Positions 20,082-30,441 are shown, counted from the first letter of the stretch. The stretch: DNA of 64,000 nucleotides from Spirochaetia bacterium (GCA_963662795.1 OY759746.1:544001-608000), one strand, 5' to 3'. Notes: generated by a model from the sequence alone, not told the origin. Numbers and translations: made by a program.

Positions 20082-20977
20082 TGCACACCCGGAAACCTGA
20101 ATGGCTGAGGATAAAGGTAAGGAACAATGCTAACCTGACTGATGTTACAAACACGCTTAAAAGGCTTTCGCTTCACACAGTTTGCGATGAAGCCAACTGC
20201 CCGAATAAGATGGAGTGCTTCAGCAAGAAAACCGCGACATTCATGATTCTCGGAAGCAGATGCACCAGGAACTGCACCTTCTGCAATGTCGAACACAACA
20301 CCCCCTCTCCGGTTGAACCGCTTGAACCCCATCATGTAGCGGAAGCTGTCAGTGAAATGGGCCTCAGGCATGTCGTAATAACATCGGTCACAAGGGATGA
20401 CCTTGATGACGGAGGAGCGCACCATTTTGCCGAAACTATTAAGGCAATAAGGGCGCTTAATAACATAACAACGATTGAAGTGCTTATCCCGGATTTCAAG
20501 GGAGTGCAGGACCTGCTCGAGGTAGTTATCAGGGCAAATCCCGATATCATCAATCATAATGTAGAAACCGTCCCCAGGCTCTACGCTGAAGTAAGGCCTC
20601 AGGCAATCTACAACCGCTCACTTGAGCTTTTAAAAAGAATAAAATCTTCCGTACCGGGGAGTAAGGGCAACCGGATCTTTTCAAAATCCGGTCTCATGCT
20701 GGGCCTCGGTGAAACAGAATCTGAGGTACTGAAGCTGCTTGAAGACCTTAAGGATGCTGAATGTGACATAATCACAATCGGGCAGTACCTTGCCCCCTCT
20801 GTAAGGCATCACCCTGTAATTGAGTACATCCATCCGGAAAAATTCGATTTTTACCGCATAAAAGCGCTTGAAATGGGATTTCTCAATGTCGCGTCCGCGC
20901 CGCTTGTGAGAAGCTCATATCTGGCTGAAAGTGTCTATACTGAATGCCTGAAAAAAAATCAGGGCGCATTGACATGA
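20081..20977 (+). CDS. lipA: Lipoyl synthase (radical SAM)
   Basis: [24 protein letters not shown]; TAATG overlap with lipB. Confidence 0.97.
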   Translation: MHTRKPEWLRIKVRNNANLTDVTNTLKRLSLHTVCDEANCPNKMECFSKKTATFMILGSRCTRNCTFCNVEHNTPSPVEPLEPHHVAEAVSEMGLRHVVITSVTRDDLDDGGAHHFAETIKAIRALNNITTIEVLIPDFKGVQDLLEVVIRANPDIINHNVETVPRLYAEVRPQAIYNRSLELLKRIKSSVPGSKGNRIFSKSGLMLGLGETESEVLKLLEDLKDAECDIITIGQYLAPSVRHHPVIEYIHPEKFDFYRIKALEMGFLNVASAPLVRSSYLAESVYTECLKKNQGALT

Positions 20978-21096
20978 TCTCATCATAAGTTATATGGCGG
21001 TTATTGATTTTAATTTCTTGACTATAACAGTGAAAAAATAATATCTTCTTCTCATCAAAAAAAAAGTTTTTTTGCTAAATTCCAGGTTACGGAGAA

Positions 21097-21789
21097 ATGA
21101 TGAATAATTACAAAATTGACACACATGTACACACAGCAGAGGTAAGCTCATGCGGAAAAGTTCCCGCTGCTGAGGTTGCAAGATTATATAAAGAACAGAA
21201 TTATGATGCCATAATCATAACCGACCATTACTACAGCGGGTTTTTCGACTCTCTTTTTTCAGTCAGGTGGGATGACAAGGTTGATGCCTACCTTCAGGGA
21301 TACAGGATCGCAAAGGCTGAGGGGCAAAAAATCGGCTTAAAAGTCCTTCTCGGGATTGAAATGAGATTTGACATACATCCGAACGATTACCTGATATACG
21401 GGTTAGATGAGGAATTTTTATACAGGAATCCTGAAATGTTCAGAATGACACTGCCTGAATTTACAGCTTTCAAGGCAGGCAAAGGGCTTGCGGTTTTTCA
21501 GGCCCACCCTTTCAGGGCAAGGATGGAAATTGAAAAAAACGAGTATCTTGACGGTATAGAGGTGATGAACGGGAACCCGAGGCATGATTCAAACAACTGC
21601 AGGGCATATAAGCACGCGCTTTCGAACAACCTCAGAATGCTCTCAGGTTCTGATTTCCACCAGGTGCCGGATTTAGCCCGTGGCGGCCTTTTTATGGAAG
21701 AGATGCCTGCTGATTCAAAAGATTTTGCGGATTATCTGATAGAAAACAGGAAAGTCAGTTTAATAGGAGATTTTGTTCTCTGCGCATGA
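21097..21789 (+). CDS. PHP domain phosphoesterase
   Basis: DTHVHT, ITDH, QAHP and GSDFH metal-binding motifs. Confidence 0.85.
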   Translation: MMNNYKIDTHVHTAEVSSCGKVPAAEVARLYKEQNYDAIIITDHYYSGFFDSLFSVRWDDKVDAYLQGYRIAKAEGQKIGLKVLLGIEMRFDIHPNDYLIYGLDEEFLYRNPEMFRMTLPEFTAFKAGKGLAVFQAHPFRARMEIEKNEYLDGIEVMNGNPRHDSNNCRAYKHALSNNLRMLSGSDFHQVPDLARGGLFMEEMPADSKDFADYLIENRKVSLIGDFVLCA

Positions 21790-21947
21790 TTATTGCAAAA
21801 TTACACCGCCATCAAAAGACAATGAATTAAGCAAACTTCATTTGTTTGCTAACAGTATTATTAACTGAAACAGGTGAACTTTGAAGATAATAGAAAATTT
21901 CCGGAAAGATTCTGAATAAATACACCTAATTCCTTTGACAAGGGTCA

Positions 21948-23519
21948 GTGCTAAACATTAAATTTAAAACTGTGATAAAAAATAATTCAAAACTGAATAT
22001 CGAAGAATTTACTGATTTTATTAATATTTTTTCCTGCCCCTTAATTTCCTATGCCAATTATGCCCTGTCCAAAAAAGATAAGGAAAGTATTTTAAATACG
22101 CACTTTTTAGGGAAATCCCATTCTGTTGCATCAAGACTTGAAGAGGTACTGGATCATTATAATGCAATAAACAATATGAAATGGAAATCTTTCAGGGAAA
22201 ATGTTGCTGCCGTTAAGCTTTTTACAAATGCGACTTACATAACTTTGCACATAAAGTCCACCTCCCCCCAATATAAATTATTAAGCGGCATTGAAAAATT
22301 TCTGGAAGATACTAAAAATGTTCTGGATATTTTCTATTCCGCTCTTCAGAGCAGTTTTAATGAATTAGTAAGAAACGGCAAAAAAAATGCATTGGAAAAC
22401 TGCGCGGAATTTGAAAGTAATTTCTCTTTTTCAGTAAATTTTCCCGGGGGATTACTGGAAACAGATATTAACAAAAGACATATTGATACACCGGAAAAAG
22501 TAATAGTAAATCTGGCTACATCGTATTTAAATCTGGCCAGTGAAAGCATATTACTGAAGAAAACAGAAAAGAGAGATAACACAGAATATGAAAAACTGAT
22601 ACCTGAAGTTATCAGTGAAAATATAATAAGGACACTGGAGAGTAAATATCATAATCTTCAAAGTCTATATGATACATATATTGCAAATACAGATATCGAA
22701 GATATGGATAAAGATCTGAAGCTGATTCGGGGACATGCTTCAATTGTGTATCATCTGCTTGAAGCATCAACCGATCTCATTCATTATTTCGAAAGACACA
22801 TGATGGATCCGGCAGGACTCAATAATAACTATTATCAATCCCCTATCAGCAGGAAAGAAGTCCTCGGAATTCTTGCTGATTATTTTCTTAATTACGCCAA
22901 TCAGTTTTTAACCGCCGGCGTTACTCTTTGCCGCGAAGTGATAAAAAAATATGCGGTACAGGGATCGATATCTGTAAACGTTCCTGCATACAGGGGTTTT
23001 CATGTCAGGCCTTCCACTCTGATTTCAAAAATTGTACAGCATTACGGGAGTGAAGTTTTCCTGGTTATGGAAAATGAAAGATACAATGCGGCCCATCCGA
23101 TGGAATTATTCTGTGTAAATGAAAAAATTAATGCAGAGAAAAGAAGGGACCTGTCCAGGGTTATCTGTGAACTTAATTCCATAAAAATTCCTGAAAGCAT
23201 CAGGGATTTCAAAAAGGGGATGAAAAATATTTTTCTTGAGCTTCTGGAAGGCAATAAAATAATAAACTATTACTCTGAATTCTCCCTGCCTGATTTCAAC
23301 CCTGTAGAGGAAGAGACTCTTGGGGAATTTGCCAATAGAGTTATTGCCTTTCTTCTGGCACAGGGGAAAATAGATCTGAAAACAAATTTGACAGTTTCCT
23401 TTGAGGGAGACAAAAGAGTGCTTGCAGACCTGGAGATACTTGCCAATTGCGGGTATGGGGAGGATAATTACGGCAATAATATCGTACTTCCAAATGAGCT
23501 TTCATATATCAGAAGATGA
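21948..23519 (+). CDS. Large helical protein with an embedded, split HPr (PTS phosphocarrier)-like domain
   Basis: GFHVRPSTLISKIVQHYGSEV matches the HPr His15 signature. Likely start is GTG 21972, just after a TTGACA..TAAATT promoter. Confidence 0.7.
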   Translation: MLNIKFKTVIKNNSKLNIEEFTDFINIFSCPLISYANYALSKKDKESILNTHFLGKSHSVASRLEEVLDHYNAINNMKWKSFRENVAAVKLFTNATYITLHIKSTSPQYKLLSGIEKFLEDTKNVLDIFYSALQSSFNELVRNGKKNALENCAEFESNFSFSVNFPGGLLETDINKRHIDTPEKVIVNLATSYLNLASESILLKKTEKRDNTEYEKLIPEVISENIIRTLESKYHNLQSLYDTYIANTDIEDMDKDLKLIRGHASIVYHLLEASTDLIHYFERHMMDPAGLNNNYYQSPISRKEVLGILADYFLNYANQFLTAGVTLCREVIKKYAVQGSISVNVPAYRGFHVRPSTLISKIVQHYGSEVFLVMENERYNAAHPMELFCVNEKINAEKRRDLSRVICELNSIKIPESIRDFKKGMKNIFLELLEGNKIINYYSEFSLPDFNPVEEETLGEFANRVIAFLLAQGKIDLKTNLTVSFEGDKRVLADLEILANCGYGEDNYGNNIVLPNELSYIRR

Positions 23520-23550
23520 TCTAAAAGCTCTCCGGCAATATTCAAGGCAG

Positions 23551-23823
23551 CTAATCAATTGAATTGCCGGTATCCTGACCTGAGTCGTTTTCAGGTACTG
23601 ATTCACCATCCATGTATGCGCTGCCGTAAAGGTGATATGCGCAATCAGGGCCCACAAGCCGTCTTGTCGTTCCGCTGTTTTTTACCTTTGCCCTGCCCTT
23701 TACAATAAGCGTTCTGTAGAAATATTTCTTCTTTATATATTCTGAATCAGCAAAGGCAGGATCTGTTTTATCAGAAGGTATCCTGCCCTGATCACCATAA
23801 TCATCAATTTCTTTTTTTGCCAT
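23551..23823 (-). CDS. Small hypothetical protein
   Basis: 90-aa ORF filling an intergenic gap; purine-rich RBS (AAGGG); same strand as the upstream genes. Confidence 0.5.
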   Translation of the reverse strand: MAKKEIDDYGDQGRIPSDKTDPAFADSEYIKKKYFYRTLIVKGRAKVKNSGTTRRLVGPDCAYHLYGSAYMDGESVPENDSGQDTGNSID

Positions 23824-23883
23824 TTTTTCCCTTTTAATTTAAAATACCAACAGGGAAACAGACCGGCAAGGAGTTCCTGTTTT

Positions 23884-24447
23884 TCAGAAATCAATCCCTT
23901 CTCTGGCCCCGATTCCTTTATTGTAGCAGTGCTTTACCATTTTCATCTCTGTGACTACATCAGAGGCTTCAATAATCTTCTCTGCAGCCCCTCTGCCTGT
24001 AAAAACAATCTCTGAAGAACCTTTTCCGAACCTTTCAATTATATCCAGAAGAATCTCTTCCTTAATTAAATCGAGGCGGAGCAGGTTTAAAATCTCATCG
24101 AAAACCACTATGTCATACAGGGCCCCGGACAGGGCTTTTATCCCTTTATCAAGTCCCTGCCGTGCATCCCTGATAAAAAGAGTGGGATCTGAGCTGTACT
24201 TGATATCTCCCCCGGCCTTTAAGCGCAGGTCTTCCCTCAGAGGCTCCGGTATGTAAAATTCTTCCCTTCCAAACTGCATGAAATCGATCAGTCCATGGAA
24301 ACGCGGAGAGGACAGGATTTCTCCCGATTGTTTTAATTTCATAAACTGAAGAAAGAGAGTTTTCTTCCCGTATCCTGCGGCCCTGAAAGCAAGGCCAAGC
24401 GCTGCGGTAGTCTTTCCCTTTCCATCTCCGGTGTAAACATGCACCAT
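23884..24447 (-). CDS. cobO: Cob(I)yrinic acid a,c-diamide adenosyltransferase (CobA/CobO/BtuR type)
   Basis: VYTGDGKGKTTAALG, LQFMK, VFDEI, FTGR, AREGIDF. Confidence 0.92.
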   Translation of the reverse strand: MVHVYTGDGKGKTTAALGLAFRAAGYGKKTLFLQFMKLKQSGEILSSPRFHGLIDFMQFGREEFYIPEPLREDLRLKAGGDIKYSSDPTLFIRDARQGLDKGIKALSGALYDIVVFDEILNLLRLDLIKEEILLDIIERFGKGSSEIVFTGRGAAEKIIEASDVVTEMKMVKHCYNKGIGAREGIDF

Positions 24448-24450
24448 ACT

Positions 24451-25407
24451 TTATAAAGCCCTGATTGCCATAACAGGGCAGCTTTCAACGCAATAGCCGC
24501 ACATCACACACTTTTCCGCCATGATAAATGCTTTTTCTTCCCTGAATTCAACCGCATCCGATGCACAGGTTTCAATGCACTTTCCGCATCCGATGCACAC
24601 CTTCTTTACAACATGAAACCTTTTATCAAAATCCCTGAATGTCGGATCGGGAATTGCTTCAGGCTTGTCTGAACTAAAATAGGCAAGGTTATAATCAACC
24701 TCTTTCTCACTTATCATTCCAAGCGCAATCGGGTAATTGCCGAGAGACCGGGCATACTGCATAGCTGTCCCGTATTTTTCTGCATGATTGCCGCCCGCGA
24801 GCACTTTCATAAGATATATCCCCTTCCCGGCCGCGCTGCATTTCGCAATTGCCTGAGTCATTTCATCAAGAGTGCCTATAATTCCTCTTCCTGTATAATT
24901 AATAAGAGGAAAAACTATATCTATCTCTTTTACATCAGCAGAAACAGAAATAAGTTCGGGTGAATGGCCGCTTACCCCTTTAGCCCTGATTTTTCCTTTT
25001 TCCTGCAGATCGCAGAGCGCTTTCAGAGCGCCTGAGCGTTTTTGATATAACGTCCTGTCTCCCCGGGCAGCATGAAGATGAAATATATCGATATAATCCC
25101 TTCCAAGCGCCTCAAGCGCCTCATACACCGCATCCTCCATCCTGCCGTATTCCTCTGCATTGCATTTAGATGCAATAACGGGGGCAGGCAGGTCACTCCC
25201 GATCCTGTCGAGCGCTATTTTTATCGGCCTGTATGTTGAGTAAACCTGTGCCGTATCAATAAAATTAACTCCTCCCCTGAACGCCCTTTCCACAACTGAT
25301 GCGGCATCTTCATCTTCCATATTTTTCTGAAGCGGCCCCATTGGAAGGGCCCCGAAACATAGTTCTGTTACCTCAATTCCGCTTTTTCCCAGCATAATTT
25401 TTTTCAT
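24451..25407 (-). CDS. Aldo/keto reductase with C-terminal 2[4Fe-4S] ferredoxin domain
   Basis: LCFG, FIDTAQVY, DYIDIFHLH; two CxxCxxCxxxC motifs. Confidence 0.9.
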   Translation of the reverse strand: MKKIMLGKSGIEVTELCFGALPMGPLQKNMEDEDAASVVERAFRGGVNFIDTAQVYSTYRPIKIALDRIGSDLPAPVIASKCNAEEYGRMEDAVYEALEALGRDYIDIFHLHAARGDRTLYQKRSGALKALCDLQEKGKIRAKGVSGHSPELISVSADVKEIDIVFPLINYTGRGIIGTLDEMTQAIAKCSAAGKGIYLMKVLAGGNHAEKYGTAMQYARSLGNYPIALGMISEKEVDYNLAYFSSDKPEAIPDPTFRDFDKRFHVVKKVCIGCGKCIETCASDAVEFREEKAFIMAEKCVMCGYCVESCPVMAIRAL

Positions 25408-25524
25408 GATGGTGTAAAATCCCCCTGTAATTTAAGAAGTGCTATTATAACATAAAAAAAGAGTTCAAGACCTTTTTTTTATACCGATAATTAATATACA
25501 GACTATTCAGGAAGGAGTTTCACA

Positions 25525-25653
25525 ATGGAAAGAGATGTAATTGAACTGTTCCAGAAAGGGATGGAAATGATGCAGGTTGGCGAATATCAGATTGCAGAAC
25601 AGCTTTTCAGGAAAGCGCGCGATCTTACTATGGATACACAGCGCAGGATTTAA
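25525..25653 (+). CDS. Small 42-aa protein resembling a single TPR repeat (below the ORF-track length cut-off)
   Basis: AAGGAG RBS, then MERDVIELFQKGMEMMQVGEYQIAEQLFRKARDLTMDTQRRI*. Confidence 0.6.
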   Translation: MERDVIELFQKGMEMMQVGEYQIAEQLFRKARDLTMDTQRRI

Positions 25654-25817
25654 GACCGGGGCATAAAATGGATAACAGCACCCAGGTGCTTTACAAATAG
25701 ATATCAGGGGCATCCGGATCCCGGATGATCCCCTTTAGTAATCCATACCCGGCGGCCCGGCTTTAAAAAACAGTACCGGAAGTTAACCGTTAAATCAGGA
25801 AAAGGAGAAAAATATAA

Positions 25818-26018
25818 ATGTCGGAAGCAGTAAATCTGTTCAGAATAAATCAGAATAAAAAACTCTCATCATTGGATGCCGAGCTTTCCGTATGGCAGGA
25901 CATTGAATTTACACCTTCGTTTCTGCCGGAACACAAATCCCTGCAGGAAAGTCTTTTAAACCGCGAACCATTCCCATCAATGCCGCAAACTCTCAAGCAT
26001 CTCAGTATTGTCTATTAG
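25818..26018 (+). CDS. Small hypothetical protein (66 aa)
   Basis: AAGGAG RBS upstream; fills an intergenic space. Confidence 0.55.
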   Translation: MSEAVNLFRINQNKKLSSLDAELSVWQDIEFTPSFLPEHKSLQESLLNREPFPSMPQTLKHLSIVY

Positions 26019-26109
26019 AAGACTCATACTGATATACCTGTACTGAATCACAATTACCGGAATAATCTTTATTGTCTCTATTAAAAGTTTCAGCTATACT
26101 CAGTTTAAT

Positions 26110-27192
26110 ATGAATATAGGAATAATCGGACTGCCTAAATCAGGCAAGACAACAATTTTCAACGCCCTCACCGGGCAGAATGCGGAAGTTACTGAATACT
26201 CTTCAGGGAAAGTAGAACCGAATGTAGCTATTGTAGATGTAGGCGATGAACGTGTTGACCGCCTTACTGAAATGTATAAACCAAAAAAAACTATCTATGC
26301 AACAACAGAATTCATTGATTTTGTAAGCGCCGCTTCAGGGGCCGGCAAACAGGGAGGCATCTTTTCAAGCGAAGGGATGACCCTTGTAAAAACTGCTGAT
26401 GCGCTCCTGATTGTTCTGCGGAATTTCAGCAAGGAAAGCCTTGATGAGAGCTTCGGAAAAGCAGACCCTGAAAGAGACCTCGGGACTATCCAGTCCGAAC
26501 TGATGCTTGCTGACCAGATAATCACTGAAAGACGGATATCACGCATTGAAGCTGACCACGGCAGGGGGAAAAAAACACCTCAGTCCCAGCTTGAAGAAAA
26601 AGTTATGCGCCGCATATTAAGCGCTCTTGAAGAGGGGAACTGGATAAGGACGATAGAATTTACGCCTGAAGAGCTTGGAGTAATAAGCGGTTTCAGGTTC
26701 CTGACAGCCAAACAGGCGCTTATTGTACTTAACTCAGGCGAGGATAATTACGGAAAAAACAGCACATTGCTTGAAAAACTCGGAGAAAAATATCCTGCCC
26801 TGGAGTTCGCGGGCAATTTTGAAATGGAACTTTCGCAGATGAGCAAAGAAGATGCAGAAGTTTTTATGGCTGATATGGGCATAACCACTTCAGCGCGCAA
26901 CCGCCTTACAGGTTTCGCATACAGCCTCCTCGGATATATAAGTTTTTTCACAGTCGGTGAGGATGAGGTACGCGCGTGGACAATCAGGAAGGATGATTCG
27001 GCCATCACTGCCGCAGGGGCAATTCACTCGGACCTTGCCAAAGGTTTTATCCGGGCTGAATGCTTCAGCTATGATGATTTAGTTACTTACGGCTCTGAAA
27101 AGGGCTTACGGGAAAAAGGGCACTTCAGGCTTGAGGGAAAGGAATACAAGGTTAAGGACGGAGATATCCTTAACATCAGGTTTAATATCTGA
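26110..27192 (+). CDS. ychF: Ribosome-binding ATPase YchF
   Basis: GLPKSGKTT, FFTVGEDEVRAW, AGAIHSDLAKGFIRAE, EGKEY.VKDGD. Confidence 0.95.
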   Translation: MNIGIIGLPKSGKTTIFNALTGQNAEVTEYSSGKVEPNVAIVDVGDERVDRLTEMYKPKKTIYATTEFIDFVSAASGAGKQGGIFSSEGMTLVKTADALLIVLRNFSKESLDESFGKADPERDLGTIQSELMLADQIITERRISRIEADHGRGKKTPQSQLEEKVMRRILSALEEGNWIRTIEFTPEELGVISGFRFLTAKQALIVLNSGEDNYGKNSTLLEKLGEKYPALEFAGNFEMELSQMSKEDAEVFMADMGITTSARNRLTGFAYSLLGYISFFTVGEDEVRAWTIRKDDSAITAAGAIHSDLAKGFIRAECFSYDDLVTYGSEKGLREKGHFRLEGKEYKVKDGDILNIRFNI

Positions 27193-27214
27193 TCAACTTC
27201 CAGGATTGATCCTG

Positions 27215-28295
27215 CTAAGGGGCGATTCTGTAAAGTGCACCCCTTTTTTCATCTGTCAGAAGCCAGATAGACCCGTCAGGGGCCTCCCTGACATCCCTGA
27301 TCCGGCCGATTCTCTCTTTAAGCAGCATTTCCCTCTTCAATAACCTCATTACCTTTAAGTGCGACTCTCCGCAGGTGCTGCCCGGCAAGTGCCCCTGCAA
27401 AAAGATTTCCCTTCCACCCGGGGAAAAGTTTTCCGCTGTAGAACATCATCCCGGACGGGGCAATTGAAGGACTCCAGTGCAGTACCGGTTCCTCAATGCC
27501 GGGAGCCTGTGTCCTGCTGCTTATAATACTGCCGCTGTACTCCTTTCCAAATGTAACAAGAGGCCAGCCGTAGTTTGCGCCCGGCTTGATTATATTTACT
27601 TCATCGCCCCCTTTCGGGCCGTGTTCATGCTGCCAGATTTCACCGGTTTCAGGATGAACTGCCATCCCCTGCGCATTTCTGTGACCATAAGAATATATTT
27701 CAGGAAGCGCATCGCCTCTCCCTGTAAAAGGATTATTCCCGGGGATTGAACCGTCATCATTAAATCTTAAAGTAGAGCCGGCCGCATCATCAAGTTGCTG
27801 GGCCCGCCTTCTGTCGCCCCTCTCTCCTATGGTCATATAGATAGTCCCGTCAGGCGCAAAAACTATCCTTGAGCCGTAGTGAACACCGCTGCCGCTTAAC
27901 TGCGGAAGCTTATAAAGCACTTCTCCTCCGGTCAGGGTACTGCCGTCAAGCCTTCCCCTGTAAAGGGCTGTTCCGCTTCCCCCATTTCCTGAATAGGAGT
28001 ATGTAAAATAAATGATCCTGTTTGTTTTAAAATCAGGATGAAGTGCAATATCAAGAAGCCCCCCCTGCCCGCCGGTATGGATATCAGGAAGGCCTGAAAC
28101 ACGGGTAACTGTGCTGTTGCTATAAATCAGAAGACGTCCCGGCCTTTCTGTTATAAGGGTGGAGCTGTCCGGCAGAAAAGCCAGTGCCCATGGATTTTCA
28201 AGATTATCCAGAACTTTTACAAGATTAAATTCTGAAGGATATGCTGAAAAAAGGATAAAAAGGAAAATAACCGGTATCAGTATAATACGCTTCAT
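27215..28295 (-). pseudogene. PQQ-dependent aldose sugar dehydrogenase (YliI/GSDH family) with a single-base frameshift near the 3' end; pseudogene or sequencing error
   Basis: GQGGLLDIALHP, HYGSRI, YGHRNAQG, EHGPKGGDE and GANYGWP in one frame. The conserved tail GRIRDV..APDG.IWLLTD..G.LYRI is in another frame. Extra G at 27331-27333. Confidence 0.8.
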
Positions 28296-28403
28296 ACACA
28301 GCTCCTTCAGATAAACTAATAATTCACCATATCTGAAGTCAAGGGAAACACATTCCATGGAATTAAATATTGAGAAGAAGAATATCCTGAAGAGCCGTCC
28401 GGT

Positions 28404-28760
28404 TCAATCGGATCCGGAAGAATCCGGGCGGTTCAGCTGTTTATCTATCCGGGAAAGTTTCTCATCAATTTCATCAACAGAAATATACCTGGCCTCCCGG
28501 ATAGTCTCTTTTCCATACACAAAAACAAGAATGGCCGGAATAGTATAAATTGAAAACTGCCCGGCAGCAGTTTCATCGTTATCAAGATTAAAATAGACTG
28601 ACTTTAATCTGTTGTATTTCCCGGCAATCGCCTCAATTTTAGGTTTAAGCGCTTTACATACACCGCAGGATGGGCGTGACAGATAAAAAAGGACAAATGA
28701 TTCACTTTTTATAATTTTTTCCATTTCTTCCCTGTTTGTTATTTCTTCCATAATCAGCAA
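28404..28760 (-). CDS. Thioredoxin family protein
   Basis: CGVC active site, cis-Pro motif TIP, GKE..REAR; start may be ATG 28751. Confidence 0.85.
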   Translation of the reverse strand: MLIMEEITNREEMEKIIKSESFVLFYLSRPSCGVCKALKPKIEAIAGKYNRLKSVYFNLDNDETAAGQFSIYTIPAILVFVYGKETIREARYISVDEIDEKLSRIDKQLNRPDSSGSD

Positions 28761-28876
28761 TATGCCTCTTTTTTTTCAATAAATGACAGTTTAATTCTGC
28801 AAGCCCTATCCGCTCTACTTGTCTGAAGTCCCCATCAGCTATACCGGCCTTAAGCAGTCCCCGTGATAATTATTGC

Positions 28877-29494
28877 TCAGGATTGTTCCAGAATACTTAA
28901 TATCTGCTCAGCCGCGGCGCTTTGCGTCTGAGCTTCAACAGCAAGTTTTAATGCCAGGTTTTTTAATATTTTTTTTTCTTCCTGTTCATCAGCACTTTTC
29001 AGGGATTCCGGTTCTTTCAGTGATTCTGAAATTATCTGCGATGTTCTTTCTATTGCCTGCTTCTGATAATCACAGAACAATTCATAATATTTTTCAACCT
29101 CATTGTCCTGATTAACATTAAAATCCTTTAGAAGATTTGATAAATCAGGAATAGAAAGAACTTTCTTAAGTGAACAGACAACCGTAATCAGGGCAATATG
29201 CTCTTTTGAATATTTTTTCGCCTCCGCACGCGGAATTACACGGTCCTTGGTATAATTATTTATCATTGAACGGGTAACAACCTTCTCGTCCTCATTTCTC
29301 CTGTACATCGTCATCTGCCTGTCTAGAAAAGTAACAACCTGGTCCATATAAAGCTCAATTTCCGGGAGTCTCTTCCAGTTTACTGCCGAACAGCCGGCAA
29401 AATACCTGTTCCACTCAATAACTTCTTTTATCGGCGAACGGCCTTTCCCCGGCTCTGTATTTTTAATTTTTTCCAGTTTTTTCGATTTCCCCAT
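28877..29494 (-). CDS. DUF1836 domain protein (putative HTH regulator)
   Basis: LPEIELYMDQV, TRSMINNYTK and KKYSKEHI motifs. ATG 29494 follows AGGAGG. Confidence 0.85.
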   Translation of the reverse strand: MGKSKKLEKIKNTEPGKGRSPIKEVIEWNRYFAGCSAVNWKRLPEIELYMDQVVTFLDRQMTMYRRNEDEKVVTRSMINNYTKDRVIPRAEAKKYSKEHIALITVVCSLKKVLSIPDLSNLLKDFNVNQDNEVEKYYELFCDYQKQAIERTSQIISESLKEPESLKSADEQEEKKILKNLALKLAVEAQTQSAAAEQILSILEQS

Positions 29495-29726
29495 ATTACG
29501 CCCCTGGCCCCTCCTGCCTGCTTTATGCCATATTCTGCGCCGTTTTTCCACATGCCCTGCTTTTTATACATCAGCATATGTTAAAACAGCAAAAGAATTA
29601 TTACAATATTTTTACATAGTTTACAATACCATGTGTTGAGCTTTTAAATACAATGTTTTATTTTAAAGTCACTGGAAAATATATTTTATAATTATTTTTC
29701 ATAAAAAAAACAGCAAGGTCGTATCT

Positions 29727-30440
29727 ATGGAATTTTTTGAAAAAAATGTTTATTTATTCGGTGATTCAATAGCAAAGGGGATTGTCTTTGACGACAGCCT
29801 GGGAAAATACACTCATCTGAAAAACAATTTCGCCTCTTCTGCCGCGAATTCCAACGGAGTAATTCTTAACAACAAGTCAATGTTCGGCTGCACAGTAAAC
29901 AAAGGTAAGGAAATCATAACCAGAGTACTTAACAGCCTTAATACGACAAAAAAAATTGATTATGCTTTTCTTGAATTCGGAGGGAATGACTGTGATCACA
30001 ACTGGGATGAAATATCGCTTCAGCCTTTGGTTAAACACAATCCGAATACACCTATCGATGAATTTATATCGGTTTACATAACTATTGTTGATACATTAAA
30101 AAAAAGCGGGATAACAACAGTTATAATGACCCTGCCCCCTATAGCATCTGATTTATATTTCAACTGGATAAGCAAGAACAATCCCCGGAAGAGCAATATT
30201 CTCAGCTGGCTTGGAGGCAATATCGAAAACATCTACTATTGGCATGAAAGGTATAACAGCGCGGTCTGGGAAGTAATAGAAAGAACAAAAAGCCTGATGA
30301 TCGATATAAGAAAATCTTTTCTTGAAGATAAAAATTACAAACGTTTTCTTTGTATAGATGGAATTCACCTGAATCAGGATGGGCACAATCTTGTAAAAGA
30401 AACTATTATAAATAACGTTATGATTTATAAACCGGTATAA
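29727..30440 (+). CDS. SGNH/GDSL hydrolase
   Basis: FGDSI, EFGGND, DGIHLN. Confidence 0.9.
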   Translation: MEFFEKNVYLFGDSIAKGIVFDDSLGKYTHLKNNFASSAANSNGVILNNKSMFGCTVNKGKEIITRVLNSLNTTKKIDYAFLEFGGNDCDHNWDEISLQPLVKHNPNTPIDEFISVYITIVDTLKKSGITTVIMTLPPIASDLYFNWISKNNPRKSNILSWLGGNIENIYYWHERYNSAVWEVIERTKSLMIDIRKSFLEDKNYKRFLCIDGIHLNQDGHNLVKETIINNVMIYKPV

Positions 30441-30441
30441 A

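Noticed and set aside
19667-20557. 296-aa antisense ORF across lipB/lipA
   Set aside because: Shadow ORF opposite two well-conserved genes; no RBS or recognisable motifs.
27320-27340. Programmed ribosomal frameshift in the PQQ dehydrogenase
   Set aside because: The G GGA AA tract is only weakly slippery, and I know no precedent in this family. A one-base indel is simpler.
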